Shown: positions 9,469 to 19,791, counted from the stretch's first letter. The stretch is 64,000 nucleotides of DNA from Candidatus Aenigmatarchaeota archaeon (GCA_030018415.1 JASEGC010000004.1:10470-74469), one strand, 5' to 3'. Program-made: numbers and translations. Notes: generated by a model not told the origin, from the sequence alone.

Positions 9469-12146
9469 ATACCAGGCTTCCCATATTTAGCTCTGATAGA
9501 CTTGTTTTGTGGGTCATATTTTTTAGAGTCTCTTACTAAGAAAACCTTTACCTCCTTAAAGCCAAATTCTCTCTTCAAGAAACTCGATGCTTGTTGGAGA
9601 TACAACATTTCTTTCTCCGTTATCACATAGAGATAAAGATCTTTATTCTTCTTAGAGAGCTTGATTGTTTGTTTGATATCTTCACATATATTCTTGAAAG
9701 TCTCTTCTTGTTTGAGAACATATTCATCTATTTTCTTTGGATCAAACTCAGGCCACTTCTCAAGAGAAATAAAACGCTCTTTATCCATCATATTCCATAT
9801 TTCTTCTGAGATGAATGGAGAATAAAGACTCAACACTTTTGTCATCACTTCCAGAGCATAATTTACGATTGTCTTATTTCTCTCTTCACTTCTCTTTAAA
9901 TACCATTGCAGATCATTAACCATTTGATGGAAATATGTCAATGCAGACCTGTTTTCGGCCTTCTCCAAATGATCAGTTATCATCTTGATGTAGTTTTGGA
10001 ATCTTGATACTAACCAAGCATCTATAGGCCTCTTTAACATCAATTTTCCTTTATCATAATATCTTTTAACTAATCCGTAGAATGATGATAGTTTATTTTT
10101 CCAAGCCAGAACATCTTTTTCTAACCAGTTAGCATCATTTAATCCTTCAGCAGAATCCATGAGAGCAATTCTTGTTGCGTCTGCACCATATTTTTCTATC
10201 GCATCCTTCAACAAAATGAAGTTCCCTTTCGATTTGCTCATCTTCTCTCCCTCTACATTGAGCATACCATTAATTGCAAAAGCTCTTGGCCAATTTTTCT
10301 CATTAGGCCATACAGCAGTGTGATGGAAGATGCAAAAGGTGAGGTGATTCGGAATAAGTTCTTTAGCCGATCCTCTTATATCAAATCCATACCAGTATTC
10401 GAAACTACTTCTCATCTTCTGGAGAATTTCTTTACTGATTCCTCGCTCTTCTGAAATTTTCTTGACATCTCCCTCACCATGAAAAACATACTCGAATACA
10501 TCATCATTCAACTGATCTGGCTCAATCTTCTCAGAGTTGATATAGTTTGCGATCGTATAATATGACATGTATATAACGCTATCCGACAACGTTTCAACAA
10601 TCCAATCCTTATCCCAAGGCAATCTCGTCCCAAGTCCAGATTTTCTTGCACAGGCTTTTTCCTGTAACCATTCGATTGTGGATTCAAAGTTTTCTCTCGC
10701 CTCTTCTGGATAGATTTTCATTCTTCTTAGACATAACCTTGCTTTTTCCTTCCATCTTTCATCAGAGAATTTCAAGAACCATTGATTCTCCAAGATCTTG
10801 ACATGACATTTAGTCCCACACCTGCATACGACTCCTCCAGAAAGTTCCCACATGGTTGTAGCCGCGTTGACTTTTTGAAAATCTTTCGATAGATCTTCTT
10901 TAACTTGAGACACTCTCATGCCTTGGTGTTCTCCACAAACTTCTCTCAAAATACCTTGATGGAATTCTTTCTTGTACAGGAAGTTAGTTGCCTTATCTAA
11001 TTTCTCGACTTCATTCTGGTTTTTAACCTCAAGTTTTTCGCACAAATCAACAGCAGGATGTTCACCCAAACCTTCAGTCTTTACAACAGATATTGGTTTA
11101 ATTTCACTCACTTCATCCAAACTTATTCCATATTTTTTCAGAAAACTTGGATTATACATTAAATCTTTTAATCCGATCCAATCGTACGGAGCATGTGAGG
11201 GAACTGACATTACCAAGCCAGTTGCACTCTTAGGATTTACAAAACTTGCTGGCAATATAAGGACTTCATTCATTAATATTGGGTTGATACAACGTTTGCC
11301 TATCAGTTCTTCACCCCTTATTTTTCCTTTGATCTGAACAGAGTGCATCTGATCTTTTAATTTTTCTGTGCAACTTTCGCTTATTATCCAGATTTCATTA
11401 TCAACTTTCGCTTTTACATATTCAACATCAGGATTTATCCAAACGTTCGTTACGCCGTAAATAGTCTCTGGTCTCAACGTTCCCATGGGCAATATCTCTC
11501 CAGAAGGAAGTTTGAAGTTAAAAAGAATGTAGTTGATAGGACCTTCTCCTCCTCCTTGAAGTCTGTCATGATCACCAGTTGGGCTTTTGCAATTGGGACA
11601 CCAAACTACAGGATGAGTGCCTTGAACAACATAGCCATTATCTTTTAGTAATCGATATTGCCATTCGATGAAACGGTTGAACTCGGGATCGATTGTAGTA
11701 AAGCTTCTTCGCCAATCTACAGCTATACCTAATCTATTTACATCCTGTTTAATTCTTTTTTGCCAGTATCTGACTAAGTATTTAGGGTCTTTGAACTTTT
11801 TTATTTCCCTTTCTGATACTCCCGCATCTGTTAACATTTTAATTTGGTCTGAATCGTCTTTTTCGATTCTTTTGGCTACCCCAACTATTGGCTCTCCCGT
11901 TGCATGGAAAGCGAATGGGAAAAGAACATTATAACCCTGCATTCTCTTGAACCTTGCGATCACGTCCATTCTAGTATAAGTAAAACCGTGACCCAGATGA
12001 AGACAAGAATTAACGTAAGGGAAGGGCGAATTCACGAACCATTTTTTTCTTTCGTCTGGATTTGCTTCAAATATTTTAGCATCTGCCCATTTCTGACGCC
12101 ATTTATCTTCTATTGCTTTGAAGTCTAGGTCAACGATTTTAATCAC
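9456..12146 (-). CDS. leuS: Leucine--tRNA ligase (archaeal type)
   Basis: HLGH, GTLRPET editing domain, KMSKS. Confidence 0.97.
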   Translation of the reverse strand: MIKIVDLDFKAIEDKWRQKWADAKIFEANPDERKKWFVNSPFPYVNSCLHLGHGFTYTRMDVIARFKRMQGYNVLFPFAFHATGEPIVGVAKRIEKDDSDQIKMLTDAGVSEREIKKFKDPKYLVRYWQKRIKQDVNRLGIAVDWRRSFTTIDPEFNRFIEWQYRLLKDNGYVVQGTHPVVWCPNCKSPTGDHDRLQGGGEGPINYILFNFKLPSGEILPMGTLRPETIYGVTNVWINPDVEYVKAKVDNEIWIISESCTEKLKDQMHSVQIKGKIRGEELIGKRCINPILMNEVLILPASFVNPKSATGLVMSVPSHAPYDWIGLKDLMYNPSFLKKYGISLDEVSEIKPISVVKTEGLGEHPAVDLCEKLEVKNQNEVEKLDKATNFLYKKEFHQGILREVCGEHQGMRVSQVKEDLSKDFQKVNAATTMWELSGGVVCRCGTKCHVKILENQWFLKFSDERWKEKARLCLRRMKIYPEEARENFESTIEWLQEKACARKSGLGTRLPWDKDWIVETLSDSVIYMSYYTIANYINSEKIEPDQLNDDVFEYVFHGEGDVKKISEERGISKEILQKMRSSFEYWYGFDIRGSAKELIPNHLTFCIFHHTAVWPNEKNWPRAFAINGMLNVEGEKMSKSKGNFILLKDAIEKYGADATRIALMDSAEGLNDANWLEKDVLAWKNKLSSFYGLVKRYYDKGKLMLKRPIDAWLVSRFQNYIKMITDHLEKAENRSALTYFHQMVNDLQWYLKRSEERNKTIVNYALEVMTKVLSLYSPFISEEIWNMMDKERFISLEKWPEFDPKKIDEYVLKQEETFKNICEDIKQTIKLSKKNKDLYLYVITEKEMLYLQQASSFLKREFGFKEVKVFLVRDSKKYDPQNKSIRAKYGKPGIYLE

Positions 12147-12192
12147 CTTACACTAAGAATAAATAAAAGAAAATAAAAAACTAATGTATTCT

Positions 12193-12801
12193 ATGGTTGT
12201 GAAACACGTGACAGTAGCTATAGCACAATTAAACTTAACTTCCAGCATCAAAAAAATATAAAAAATATTTTATCAAAGTTGCCAAGATTAAAAAAAGCCG
12301 ATATCGTTTGTTTTCCTGAAACCTCTCTAAAGGGAGCCATAGATATAAAAGATCCCAAAATAAAAGAAATTTTCGCTGAATGTAAAAAATTCTATTTGGT
12401 GTATTATCGGGATTTCATTAGAGAGAAAACATACTTTGGGAGCTACTTATCCAAACGCTTTATATTCTATGGCCAAAAAAACAAGCAGATATAATTTTTT
12501 GTCCTATGTACTGGTGTTACGATATATGGATGCATAAAAAGAATCACTTAGTAATGGAGAAAAAAATATTACAATCTTTAATACTCACAAGGGCATACGA
12601 AAATTTGGTTTATGTAGTTTTTTGCAATCTCTTCGTGAAAAATGAAAAAAACTCGTATCATATTCAGCGGTAGCAGAACCACACAAAATAATAAAGGAAA
12701 TATTTAATAAAGAGGGATTAATAATCGCTGATCTTAGCATTCCCAAGTTACATAAAATTAGACAGAGATACAAGAAGTATTATAGAAAACAATTATTTTG
12801 A
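12193..12801 (+). pseudogene. Degraded carbon-nitrogen hydrolase (nitrilase family)
   Basis: Fragments VTVAIAQ, ADIVCFPET and EGLIIADL in different frames, with frameshifts and deletions. Confidence 0.7.
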
Positions 12802-12814
12802 TATTCCACATCTT

Positions 12815-13207
12815 TCATACCTGTTTGTTCCCAAGTTTATCATTAAATTCTTCGAAGGTTTTCACTCTTCCCATGCATAACCCTTTATCTGAAAATACCG
12901 CTTTTATTACGACCGGACCTTCTACCAAGATTTTTTTCTTATTGTAATTCGATTTCTTCGGGATGAGATAGGTTAACGGTGTTGGTATTTTATGTTCTAA
13001 GCATTCGAGATAGAACATCCACTTATCTTCTTGATAATAAAAAGAGTGGCTGGAATTAATGACTTTTACTCCAAACTCTTCGAATGTTTTTCTAAAGGAA
13101 GTAATATTAGATTAAAACTTCTTTTTAGTAGTTTAACTAAAATTTTTATCATCAAGACTTTTATCTGATTCGGGATAAACGTACCCGATAGTATACTTTT
13201 TTACCAT
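12815..13207 (-). pseudogene. Degraded RimK-like ATP-grasp ligase
   Basis: FEEFGVKVINS...EDKWMFY...IPTPLT...PVVIK; frameshifted and truncated. Confidence 0.65.
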
Positions 13208-13270
13208 ATAAGATATTTTAATTTTTTATAGTATATTAATAACTTAAAATGTTATCATCTATAGTGGACA

Positions 13271-13360
13271 GGGCCTGTAGCTCAGTTTGGATGCAAACGA
13301 GCCAAAAAGAGTAGGTGGCTTCTAACCACAAGGTCGAGGGTTCGAATCCCTTCAGGCCCA
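13271..13360 (+). tRNA. tRNA-Arg(UCU) with 15-nt D-loop intron (13293-13307)
   Basis: Acceptor stem GGGCCTG/CAGGCCC, anticodon loop CTTCTAA, T-arm GAGGG-TTCGAAT-CCCTT; removing GCAAACGAGCCAAAA gives the canonical D-loop AGTTTGGATA. Confidence 0.9.
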
Positions 13361-13583
13361 TTGTTAGAATTGTGTGAAAATCTCCTCCAAGAATAAAAGT
13401 CTTCTGTGACATGTGTATCCACAAAAAGTGATGATTAATTATTGGACTATAAACCTTTTTCATTTGGATTATTCTTGATTGTCTGACTACTTTAAAAACC
13501 AGAACTATCAAAAAATAGAAAGTGATATGTTTAAATAGTTTGAGTGTGATTAATTCTCAGAAAATAAATACGGTGAAAACAAA

Positions 13584-13655
13584 ATGCCAAAGTATGAAGA
13601 AGAATGGGAAGAGGAAGAAGGCGAAGAGGAAGAAGGCGAAGAGGAAGAGTGGTAA
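13584..13655 (+). CDS. 23-aa acidic peptide MPKYEEEWEEEEGEEEEGEEEEW
   Basis: TATA-like TTTAAATA at 13530, GGTGA RBS, ATG...TAA, downstream oligo-T. Confidence 0.5.
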   Translation: MPKYEEEWEEEEGEEEEGEEEEW

Positions 13656-13679
13656 CGACTTAAGATTGTAATTGAATCG

Positions 13680-13716
13680 TTTTTATTTTTTTATTTTTTT
13701 ATTTTTTTATTTTTTT
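13680..13716 (+). terminator. Oligo-T tract, roughly (T7A)n
   Basis: ttttattttt ttattttttt atttttttat tttttt downstream of the small acidic ORF. Confidence 0.55.
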
Positions 13717-13793
13717 AAAATTTCTGCTTGAAAATTAGATTAATATTTCTAATACAGTTAAGCTTAAGGCTAAAAAAGAAAAATAATTATTGA

Positions 13794-14570
13794 ATGACAA
13801 GGTTGATTCTTCTCACTTCTGGTAAAGGTGGAGTCGGTAAGACAACTTTAACCTCTAATCTAGCTGCTTCTTTAGCCGAGTTTGGTGAGAATGTGATAGC
13901 GATGGATGCCAACCTAACGACGCCAAACTTAGGTTTACAGCTTGGTATGCATTTGACTCCACACACTCTCCATGATGTTTTAAAGGGAAAGAGCAGGTTG
14001 CAAGATGCTATATATCCCCATCCCCTTGGTTTTAGAGTGATACCTTCCAGTTTAGGGTTGGATGATATTAAAGGTGTGGATGTGGGAAGACTCCCTGAGA
14101 TAAGTTTTAGTTTACTTGGAAAGGCTGATTATGTCATCATGGACTCTGCTGCTGGTATTGGTAGAGAAGCTTTATCAGCCATTTCTGCTACTGATGAGAT
14201 AATCATCGTGACGAACCCAGACTTACCAGCTGTGACGGATGCTTTGAAAATGTTAAAAATTGCTCAAGAACCGAACATAAAGATCATCGGGACTGTTGTC
14301 AACAGAATGAAAGGAGAAAAACATGAGTTGATGGCCGAAAAAATCGAGGAAATACTTGGTATTCCGATAATTGCAGAGATACCAGAAGATGACAACGTTG
14401 CCTTGAGCATAGCGGCAAAAAAACCTTTGGTTAATTATTCTCCTAATTCACCTGCAGCGATCGAAATAAAAAAATTGGCTGCATGGTTGAGTGGAAGAAA
14501 ATATGAGAAAATCAAATCGAGAAGGAGTATGAATTTATTGCAGAGGTTTGTTGCTTGGCTGACGAAATAA
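13794..14570 (+). CDS. minD: MinD family ATPase (second paralogue)
   Basis: SGKGGVGKTT, DANLTTPNL, IMDSAAG, amphipathic C-terminus LLQRFVAWL. Confidence 0.9.
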   Translation: MTRLILLTSGKGGVGKTTLTSNLAASLAEFGENVIAMDANLTTPNLGLQLGMHLTPHTLHDVLKGKSRLQDAIYPHPLGFRVIPSSLGLDDIKGVDVGRLPEISFSLLGKADYVIMDSAAGIGREALSAISATDEIIIVTNPDLPAVTDALKMLKIAQEPNIKIIGTVVNRMKGEKHELMAEKIEEILGIPIIAEIPEDDNVALSIAAKKPLVNYSPNSPAAIEIKKLAAWLSGRKYEKIKSRRSMNLLQRFVAWLTK

Positions 14571-14613
14571 ATCATCCACGAATAAAATACCTGAATTAAA
14601 TCTTTAAATGAAA

Positions 14614-15390
14614 TCAGCGTGCGACTGTACTTGAATGTTTTGTTATCAAAGTTTTTATCTTGTCAACAATCCTAAAGAATTTTTTATCTCTTTCGTGCTT
14701 CATCCTGGGTCTAGGTATCTCCACTTCTACATCGCCTATAATCTTTCCTGGTCTTGCTGATAGAACAATCACTCTGTCTGCCATAAAAACGGCTTCTTCT
14801 ATTGAGTGTGTAACCATGATGAAAGTGTTGGTAATGTTTGTTTTATCGTTCCAAATATCTAGTACTTCTTTTCTTAGTACTTCAGCAGTTAAAGCATCCA
14901 AAGAAGAAAATGGCTCATCCATCAAAAGAATTTCAGGTTCTAATGCTAAAGCCCTAGCAATACCAACTCTCTGTTTCATGCCTCCAGAAAGGCCATGAGG
15001 ATAGACATCTATAAAATCTTCCAAACCAACATCTTTCACGAAACGCATCGCTCTCTCTCTCCTTTCTTTCGGGCCAAGACCCTGTATTTCCAGAGGTAGT
15101 TCAATATTCTCTAGAAGAGTCTTCCAAGGCAATAAGCCAAAGTGTTGAAATACCATAGTTATTTTTAGTGTTGGTGCGAGTAGGGGTTTACCATGGAAAA
15201 GAATTTTACCAAAATCTGGAGTTTCAAGGCCTGCGATTATTCTCAGCAGAGTAGACTTTCCACAACCAGAAGGGCCTACTATTGCTAGGAATTCATCCTC
15301 ATTTGCCTCAAAACTGATGTTGTCTAAAACAAGAATTTTCTTCTCATTCATAAAACTTTTTGTTACGTTTTTTACTTCTAACAGTGCCAT
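14614..15390 (-). CDS. NitT/TauT family ABC transporter ATP-binding subunit
   Basis: GPSGCGKS, LSGGMKQ, LLMDEPF. Confidence 0.92.
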   Translation of the reverse strand: MALLEVKNVTKSFMNEKKILVLDNISFEANEDEFLAIVGPSGCGKSTLLRIIAGLETPDFGKILFHGKPLLAPTLKITMVFQHFGLLPWKTLLENIELPLEIQGLGPKERRERAMRFVKDVGLEDFIDVYPHGLSGGMKQRVGIARALALEPEILLMDEPFSSLDALTAEVLRKEVLDIWNDKTNITNTFIMVTHSIEEAVFMADRVIVLSARPGKIIGDVEVEIPRPRMKHERDKKFFRIVDKIKTLITKHSSTVAR

Positions 15391-15392
15391 GT

Positions 15393-17027
15393 TTAAGTCT
15401 CCAATTCATATTTTTCGGTTTTTTTAAGCAATTTTCTCCAAACAAACCATTCCATCAGTATGACAATACTTGATATAATGGAAAGTATGAAGATAAGCAT
15501 TATAGTGTTACCTTCTTCATAACCTACTTTATCAAGAAAAGAACCTAAACCCGGAATAGAAAGAACTTCTTTGCCATAAGGCATATACTCTGAAAATATT
15601 ATGGTATTCCAACCAGTACCCCATGCTAGAATACTACCTGTTACTATCGCAGGCACTATGGCAGGAAGAATTATATGTTTAATCCTTTTCATCCCCTTAA
15701 AACCAAAAATTTTTGAAACTTCTCTCATTTCCTCAGGTATACTCTTCACAGCAATGGCGATATTCAGAAACATATACCATATCATATCCAAAACAAGCAT
15801 GGTAATTGCAGTTATCTCAAGGCCCAATCTACCACCAAAAGTTTGACTGAGACATACGAACAGTATAGGAAATAAAGCTAGAACCGGAATTGCCTGGCCT
15901 ATATCATACAATGGATAGAATATCATCGCAAACTTCTTTTTCTCGGCTGCGAGTATCCCCATAAAGATTGCTATCGCTAAAGCAATAATATATGCTATAG
16001 TCAATCTGGATAGGGTAAAGAAAGTGTATATGGGTAATTTACTAATTTCTGGGATGAAGATAGATTTTTTGATATCTTCAAGAGTAGGCACTTTGATAGA
16101 AAAAATTACCAGAATGAAAATGATGATTACAATAATAATCGATATTATCCTTTGATAGGATGTGTAAATTCTTCGTTTTGACTTCGATAAAATATGGTGC
16201 CTAAACTTAAATTGAAGTGTAAAACGTCTTTTCTTGATCTTCTTATCGTGTGGTATAGTGAAAAATCCTAATTTTATCAGAGGCATGTAAGAGCTGACTT
16301 TTTCTGTCAACCTATGCCATGTCAAATAATTAATAAAAATCACAAGAAACGTAACCACGATTAGAATGATTATTGATAGGTTAACATCATTGTAGACATA
16401 AGTGGATTTTGCTAAGAATGATCCCAAACCAGGTAGGGAACGAACCTGTCCAGCATAAGATATGTATTCAGCAGCTATCATGAAGAACCATCCATCACAC
16501 CATGCTAAGAAACTCCCGGAAATTATAGCTGGCATGATCGCAGGTATCATTACATGCCTTATAAATTGAAAGCCCTTTATATTGAATGACTTTGCTGCAT
16601 CGAGTATGTTTACTGGAATACTTTTTGCAGCATCAAAAACACCAAAAAATATTGCCCAGACCATTGAAGTGAATAAAAGGAAAATAGAAGCCAATTCCAA
16701 GCCTATCGCACTTGGAAATATTGCGATGAATATCATTATAGCCACTGGAAAATACCCCAGTATTGGAATTGATTGAAGTATATCAAATGTAGGTGTTATT
16801 ATTGATGAAAATCTTTTATTCATTGAAGCCAGGATACCAAAAGATAGACCAAAAACAAGAGATAGAATATAGGCTGTTGTTATCCTCAATAAACTCCTGA
16901 AAGTATAATAAGGTAAGTTTCCTATCTCTGGATTTTTTACATTAGTCATCACATATGTGTATGAAAGTATCAGCAGAACAAGCCCGATAATAAAGCCGAC
17001 TAAATATCTCTTCGTAGATTTTTTCAT
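15393..17027 (-). CDS. NitT/TauT family ABC permease (tandem domains)
   Basis: Two TM repeats with EAA-like loops and GLGSFL. Confidence 0.9.
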   Translation of the reverse strand: MKKSTKRYLVGFIIGLVLLILSYTYVMTNVKNPEIGNLPYYTFRSLLRITTAYILSLVFGLSFGILASMNKRFSSIITPTFDILQSIPILGYFPVAIMIFIAIFPSAIGLELASIFLLFTSMVWAIFFGVFDAAKSIPVNILDAAKSFNIKGFQFIRHVMIPAIMPAIISGSFLAWCDGWFFMIAAEYISYAGQVRSLPGLGSFLAKSTYVYNDVNLSIIILIVVTFLVIFINYLTWHRLTEKVSSYMPLIKLGFFTIPHDKKIKKRRFTLQFKFRHHILSKSKRRIYTSYQRIISIIIVIIIFILVIFSIKVPTLEDIKKSIFIPEISKLPIYTFFTLSRLTIAYIIALAIAIFMGILAAEKKKFAMIFYPLYDIGQAIPVLALFPILFVCLSQTFGGRLGLEITAITMLVLDMIWYMFLNIAIAVKSIPEEMREVSKIFGFKGMKRIKHIILPAIVPAIVTGSILAWGTGWNTIIFSEYMPYGKEVLSIPGLGSFLDKVGYEEGNTIMLIFILSIISSIVILMEWFVWRKLLKKTEKYELET

Positions 17028-17052
17028 GAATAATAACTTGTTTTTTAATGGT

Positions 17053-18270
17053 TTATAATTTCCTTAATTTTTTTCTCATGAACTCTTCTAATTTACTGAA
17101 AGCTTCCTCCATCATCTCAATTGGCGGTAAGATAACAGAACGGAAATGATCTTTACCATAAATTGGATCGAAGCCAGAACCATAAGGTATTACTAAGCCG
17201 GTGTTTTCAAGAACATCCAAACAGAATTCTTTATCATCTTTCCATTTTCCCCCTAAGTCTACTCTTGGAAATATGTAGAATGCACCTTCTGGTTTTTGTG
17301 TTTGTATACCATCGATCTCATTCAACCTCCTGTGAGCAAATTCAGCCCTTTCCTTAAGTTTCCTGTTCATTTCTTTTACATGATCTTGTGGTCCTTTGAA
17401 AGCTGCAGCACAGGCCTTCATTATCGGAGTGCATGCACATAGTCTTTGCCTGGATTCAGCGAAGATTGCATTTTTTAAGTCAGTCAATTTATCAGTGGGA
17501 TCATGGAAAAACATGTAACCACATCTCCAGCCAGGAACCAGGTAATTCTTTGAAAACCCATTCAGCCCAATCACAGGAACATCTTTTGATAAAGAAGACA
17601 GTCCAACATGTGGAGTATCACTAAAAATCAGCAAATCATAAATCTCGTCTGAAATTAATAGAAGATTGTTTTCTGTAGCTATGTCGACTATTTTTTTGAG
17701 TGTAGATTTATCGTAAACAGCACCAGTAGGATTGTTTGGGTTAATCACGACAATGGCTTTAGTTCTATCTGTAATTTTTTTTCGTAAATCATCAACATCT
17801 AGTTCCCAACCTTTTTCTTCATTCTGTCTGAAACCTACGGGGGTTCCGTCTAAGAATTTTATCCATTCTATATATGGGGGATAGGCCGGTCCTGGTAGAA
17901 GAATTTCATCACCGCTTCCGTTTTCAATCAAGGCGCCGAACAAAAATATTAAACCCTCACTGATACCCTCTGTTATTAGGACATCATCGCTTGTTAAATC
18001 CAATTTATTCTTTTTATTCTCTCTTTCAACTATAGCTTCAATTAAAGAAGGATCGCCTTGCGAATCTGAGTAAAAACCAGACGTACCTTTCACAATCTTA
18101 AATAACTCTTCTTTTAGGTATTGAGGGACATCGAAATCGAATTTGTTGGGATCACCGGTGTTGAAATAATAAATCTTCTTTCCTTTGGCTTCTAATTTCT
18201 TTGCTATTACGACCATATCTCTTATCGGTGACTGGAGATTCCTGGAGCGGGAGCTAGGTTGCATAAACAT
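17053..18270 (-). CDS. Class I/II PLP aminotransferase (alanine aminotransferase-like)
   Basis: NTGDP, INPNNPTG, SDEIY, SKNYLVPGWRCG. Confidence 0.92.
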   Translation of the reverse strand: MFMQPSSRSRNLQSPIRDMVVIAKKLEAKGKKIYYFNTGDPNKFDFDVPQYLKEELFKIVKGTSGFYSDSQGDPSLIEAIVERENKKNKLDLTSDDVLITEGISEGLIFLFGALIENGSGDEILLPGPAYPPYIEWIKFLDGTPVGFRQNEEKGWELDVDDLRKKITDRTKAIVVINPNNPTGAVYDKSTLKKIVDIATENNLLLISDEIYDLLIFSDTPHVGLSSLSKDVPVIGLNGFSKNYLVPGWRCGYMFFHDPTDKLTDLKNAIFAESRQRLCACTPIMKACAAAFKGPQDHVKEMNRKLKERAEFAHRRLNEIDGIQTQKPEGAFYIFPRVDLGGKWKDDKEFCLDVLENTGLVIPYGSGFDPIYGKDHFRSVILPPIEMMEEAFSKLEEFMRKKLRKL

Positions 18271-18373
18271 ATATTATAGTGGTTAATGTTTAAGAATTTT
18301 CTATTAAAAATGAGGATAATTTATAATTCTTCTTTCGGAAAGCATTTGAATTTAACCACCTAAAAAAAATCAT

Positions 18374-19423
18374 ATGACAGTTCCATCAGTTGACTTAAAA
18401 ACCAACCTTGATTTCTGGATTGATGGTAGATTCGCTCCATTGGACGAACCATGTTTTTATGCTGATGAACATTTTGCAAATTATGGTACTGGAGGTATAG
18501 AGGGTGCTTGTACTTATCGAAGACCAAATAATGTTGTAATCTTCAGACCAATTGATCGTTTTGTTAGGTTTCGTGAAGAAACAGCAAAAGAACTATTCTT
18601 AGAGGTGAAATGGACACCTGAAGAGCTCACAGAAATAACAAAAGAATTGATTAGAAGAAATGAGGCCAAAATTAAGAGTGGAGAAGTTATAAGAACAATG
18701 TTCAGAGGAGAAGTATTAGAATTTAGAGAACCCCCTGATCGATGGTACATTAGACCGCATGTGAGACATCGTGCCAGATCGTTGGGGGTTTATACACCTC
18801 CTGATACCGGTGTTCTCATTTTTATAGAACCATTCGATAAATATCATGGAGAAGAAGCTTTTAAAAAAGGTGCGGCATTGAAAATAGTTGATGAGAGAAG
18901 AATTGATCCACGTTCGTTATCTTCTAAAGCTAAGTTAATACCATTTTATACAGTTGGATATAAGGCAGCTAAAAAAGCTAAAGAAGCTAATGCAACGGAA
19001 GCTATCTTACTTGATATGTGGGGTTATGTTGCTGATGGTTCAGGAGGAAGTATATCAATGATAAAAAATGGGGTCTTATATATTCCTCGTAAACATTCGT
19101 CACTTGACGGAATCGTAAGAAAATCCGTGGCTCAATTGGCAAAGAAAGAATTAGGGATGAAAGTAAAACGAACTGATTTCTCCCCCAAACAACTCTATGA
19201 AGCTGATGAAGTACTTTTAACTGGAAATGCAGCTGAAGTTATGCACGTTAGAGAAGTTGATGGCCATTTGATAGGAGATGGCTCAATTGGACCGTATGTT
19301 AAACAACTCCAGAACATGTTTTTTGGTATTGTTTACGATGATCCTAATCTATTTCCGAATTGCGGTAAATATCAACATTGGATGGAGCCAGTGTACTCTT
19401 ATAAGACTTCTGAGGTAATATAA
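18374..19423 (+). CDS. Class IV PLP aminotransferase (IlvE-like, divergent)
   Basis: YGTGGIEG, YIRP, EAILLD, LDGIVR, ADEVLLTGNAAEV. Confidence 0.85.
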   Translation: MTVPSVDLKTNLDFWIDGRFAPLDEPCFYADEHFANYGTGGIEGACTYRRPNNVVIFRPIDRFVRFREETAKELFLEVKWTPEELTEITKELIRRNEAKIKSGEVIRTMFRGEVLEFREPPDRWYIRPHVRHRARSLGVYTPPDTGVLIFIEPFDKYHGEEAFKKGAALKIVDERRIDPRSLSSKAKLIPFYTVGYKAAKKAKEANATEAILLDMWGYVADGSGGSISMIKNGVLYIPRKHSSLDGIVRKSVAQLAKKELGMKVKRTDFSPKQLYEADEVLLTGNAAEVMHVREVDGHLIGDGSIGPYVKQLQNMFFGIVYDDPNLFPNCGKYQHWMEPVYSYKTSEVI

Positions 19424-19519
19424 TTTTTTGTGAAGTCCAATTCTTCATGTGTTAATGGTAATAGTTGTTTAAAATCTTCGATTTCGCCTTGCTTCAATTG
19501 AATCGGTGATCCATCTACC

Positions 19520-19791
19520 TCACTTCTTTAACTGGAATCCTTTATTCTTAGAATTTCCAGCAGTGATTAAATTAAAATATACTAATTTCTTTAAATTCCA
19601 TCTCAAAGTAGAAGGAGGAATATCATGTTTGTCAGAAAGTTTTTCTATTAAGTTAGTGGCTGAAACATAATGTCCGTTGATTTTCAACTCATTCAGAATG
19701 AGAATTTGATACCTAGTTAGAACATCGAGTAAAAGTTTTTTCAGAACATCTGTTTGTATTGGCTTCGAAAACCTGTGAATTGGCTTGGCAT
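19520..19791 (-). pseudogene. Winged-helix HTH protein without an in-frame ATG (frameshifted or non-AUG start)
   Basis: Open frame ...LKKLLLDVLTRYQILILNEL...SATNLIEKLSDKHDIPPSTLRWNLKKLVYFNLITAG; ATG at 19791 is out of frame, ATT at 19780 in frame. Confidence 0.55.

Noticed and set aside
13236..13511. 91-aa minus-strand ORF
   Set aside because: Overlaps tRNA-Arg antisense; no protein features
18660..18745. Insertion in the IlvE-like gene as an in-frame intron
   Set aside because: No hairpin or BHB geometry; it reads as ordinary coding sequence
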